DNA from: Thermodesulfobacteriota bacterium
GTDB taxonomy: Bacteria > Desulfobacterota > BSN033 > UBA1163
Assembly: GCA_049514515.1 (NCBI GenBank)
Contig: JBEKUZ010000014.1
Span: 2,955 to 66,954, forward strand
Direction: 5' to 3'
DNA: 64,000 nt
In this document: piece by piece, positions 62,890 to 64,000 of the stretch
How the letters are laid out: each line of letters starts with the position of its first letter
Position numbering within the stretch: position 1 is the stretch's first letter
Position numbers and translations under genes: made by a program
The notes under the pieces: model-generated
Told to the model about the DNA's origin: nothing
Database searches by the model: none
Seen by the model: only the letters and a program-made list of their open reading frames with translations

Positions 62890-63068
62890 CCACTGGGGTT
62901 AATGCAAGCTATAATATGCTCCGCCTAATATTTGCTTCACCAAATCCTACTTTGGTTTCACAGAACAGTTTTTCAATTCGGTTCGACCCTCCATCTCGAC
63001 GGAGGCGTTTGTCCTTTAATCCAAAGCGTCGTGCTTCCGTCGATATATTTTTCGAGTTGCATGACTTT

Positions 63069-63695
63069 TCACGATCCCGATTTGGCCAGTTCGGCAGCCT
63101 TTTCAAAAGCCTTATCCATGTTAGGCAGATGGGTCATTTCCGGAACCACCTGAATATATGGAACGATTCCCGTACGGTCCACAACGATTACAGAACGTGC
63201 GAAAAGCATCATCCCATCTGTTAAAAGGCCAGCGGCACGCGCAAAGTCTCCCTGTTTCTAGTCCGACAGATATTGAAGGTTCGTCAGCTTAGCCTCCTTA
63301 GCAAACCGTTTCTGAGCAAAGGGAGTATCGCGGCTGATAACAATCCTGCTAACACTCAGAGGTAAATTATTCCCCTTTTCTCCTAAATAATGAGTCTGTG
63401 CCTCACAAACCGGAGTGTCGAGGGATGGAACAATGCTGAGGAGAAGGACAGAGCCTCTTTCTTTGTACAGATCCACATTACTCATCGTCATTGCATCGAC
63501 CAAGTCAACGGACGGAAGTGGTTTTCCGATTGAGATCGGAGGACCGAGGAGCTTCACAGGTTTGCCCTGGAACATGACCTGATCCCCTGGCTGAGCAGAG
63601 GCCATATCCACCGGAATCTTCGGCTGACTCGTAGCACACCCGAATACCAAGAGCACAAAAGAAAATACAACATACAGAAGTCTTTTCGAGATCAT
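63069..63695 (-). pseudogene. tpx: thiol peroxidase (Tpx, atypical 2-Cys peroxiredoxin) lipoprotein gene interrupted by an in-frame TAG at 63258-63260
   Basis: The N-terminal part (ORF 63258-63746) carries the Tpx active site SIVPSLDTPVCEAQT. The same frame continues past the TAG as KQGDFARAAGLL...RSVIVVDRTGIVPYIQVVPEMTHLPNMDKAFEKAA, the conserved Tpx C-terminus. Confidence 0.7.
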
Positions 63696-63755
63696 TTGAA
63701 TACCTCCTATGGAACATATAATCACTCCACAAGTCGATTTCAACAAAAGATCTCG

Positions 63756-64000
63756 CTACGGTTCGATCTTCGTCCCCAGCACTTTCAGGAATTTCGCTAA
63801 CCACTCAGGATGGGCCGGCCAAGCAGGTGCGCTAACCAGGTTGCCGTCTACATGGGCCTTATCCGCCGGTATGTCAACGAACTTACCACCTGCAATTTTC
63901 ACATCGGGTCCTACCGCCGGATACGCCGAACACGATTTGCCTGAAACCACTCCCGCTGCTGCGAGTACTTGCGCGCCATGGCAAATGGAGGCAATAGGCT
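63756..64000 (-). CDS. DJ-1/PfpI-family protein, C-terminal part (gene continues beyond the window)
   Basis: ...AIASICHGAQVLAAAGVVSGKSCSAYPAVGPDV... carries the ICHG nucleophile-elbow motif of the DJ-1/PfpI class. Confidence 0.65.
   Translation of the reverse strand, partial: PIASICHGAQVLAAAGVVSGKSCSAYPAVGPDVKIAGGKFVDIPADKAHVDGNLVSAPAWPAHPEWLAKFLKVLGTKIEP

Noticed and set aside
62916-63224. 102-aa plus-strand ORF
   Set aside because: Antisense shadow of the C-terminal half of the TAG-interrupted tpx gene.
63258-63260. TAG in tpx read as pyrrolysine
   Set aside because: The aligned position is not a conserved functional residue, and the window contains no Pyl machinery. A nonsense mutation or sequencing error is far more likely.

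Overview
This window is dominated by a Wood-Ljungdahl (reductive acetyl-CoA) gene island from an anaerobe. The organism looks like a Desulfobacterota-type (deltaproteobacterial-style) sulfate reducer or acetogen: about 50% GC, a periplasmic tetraheme cytochrome c3, and a selenocysteine-type MvhD. The island is organised as follows.

- **Carbonyl branch (1-12131):** the 3' end of fhs; acsV (the RACo corrinoid activator); cooC; folD; a small ORF; acsD; cooS; acsB; acsC; acsE.
- **Two methylene-THF reductase systems and an orphan metF:**
  - metF1, followed by a membrane cytochrome module (NarI-like cytochrome b, a 2x[4Fe-4S] protein and a tetraheme cytochrome c3), then metV1.
  - An orphan metF2 with a promoter and a long structured leader.
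  - A multi-PAS histidine kinase, then hdrC, hdrB, a giant HdrA/GltD-like/HdrA fusion, a selenocysteine (UGA) mvhD that the ORF track missed, metV2 and metF3.
- **Regulators and diaphorase:** a CheY-like receiver protein, a hybrid REC-PAS histidine kinase, and a HoxEFU/NuoEFG-like NADH diaphorase module with no hydrogenase partner.
- **Downstream:** a TPR/TolB-N membrane protein, small secreted proteins, a liv-type ABC transporter, two family III CoA-transferases, a low-GC beta-propeller gene, a Tat-exported DUF362-PKD surface protein, a secreted-protein gene split by a frameshift in a poly-C tract, an AOR/Fe-ADH fusion in an operon with GNAT and SDR genes, a TRAP binding protein paired with a HAMP-only sensor, a tpx gene interrupted by TAG, and a partial DJ-1/PfpI gene.

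Almost every intercistronic junction in the Wood-Ljungdahl region carries a long hairpin built from short degenerate repeats. Several repeat families recur. I found no rRNA, tRNA or CRISPR array by eye.
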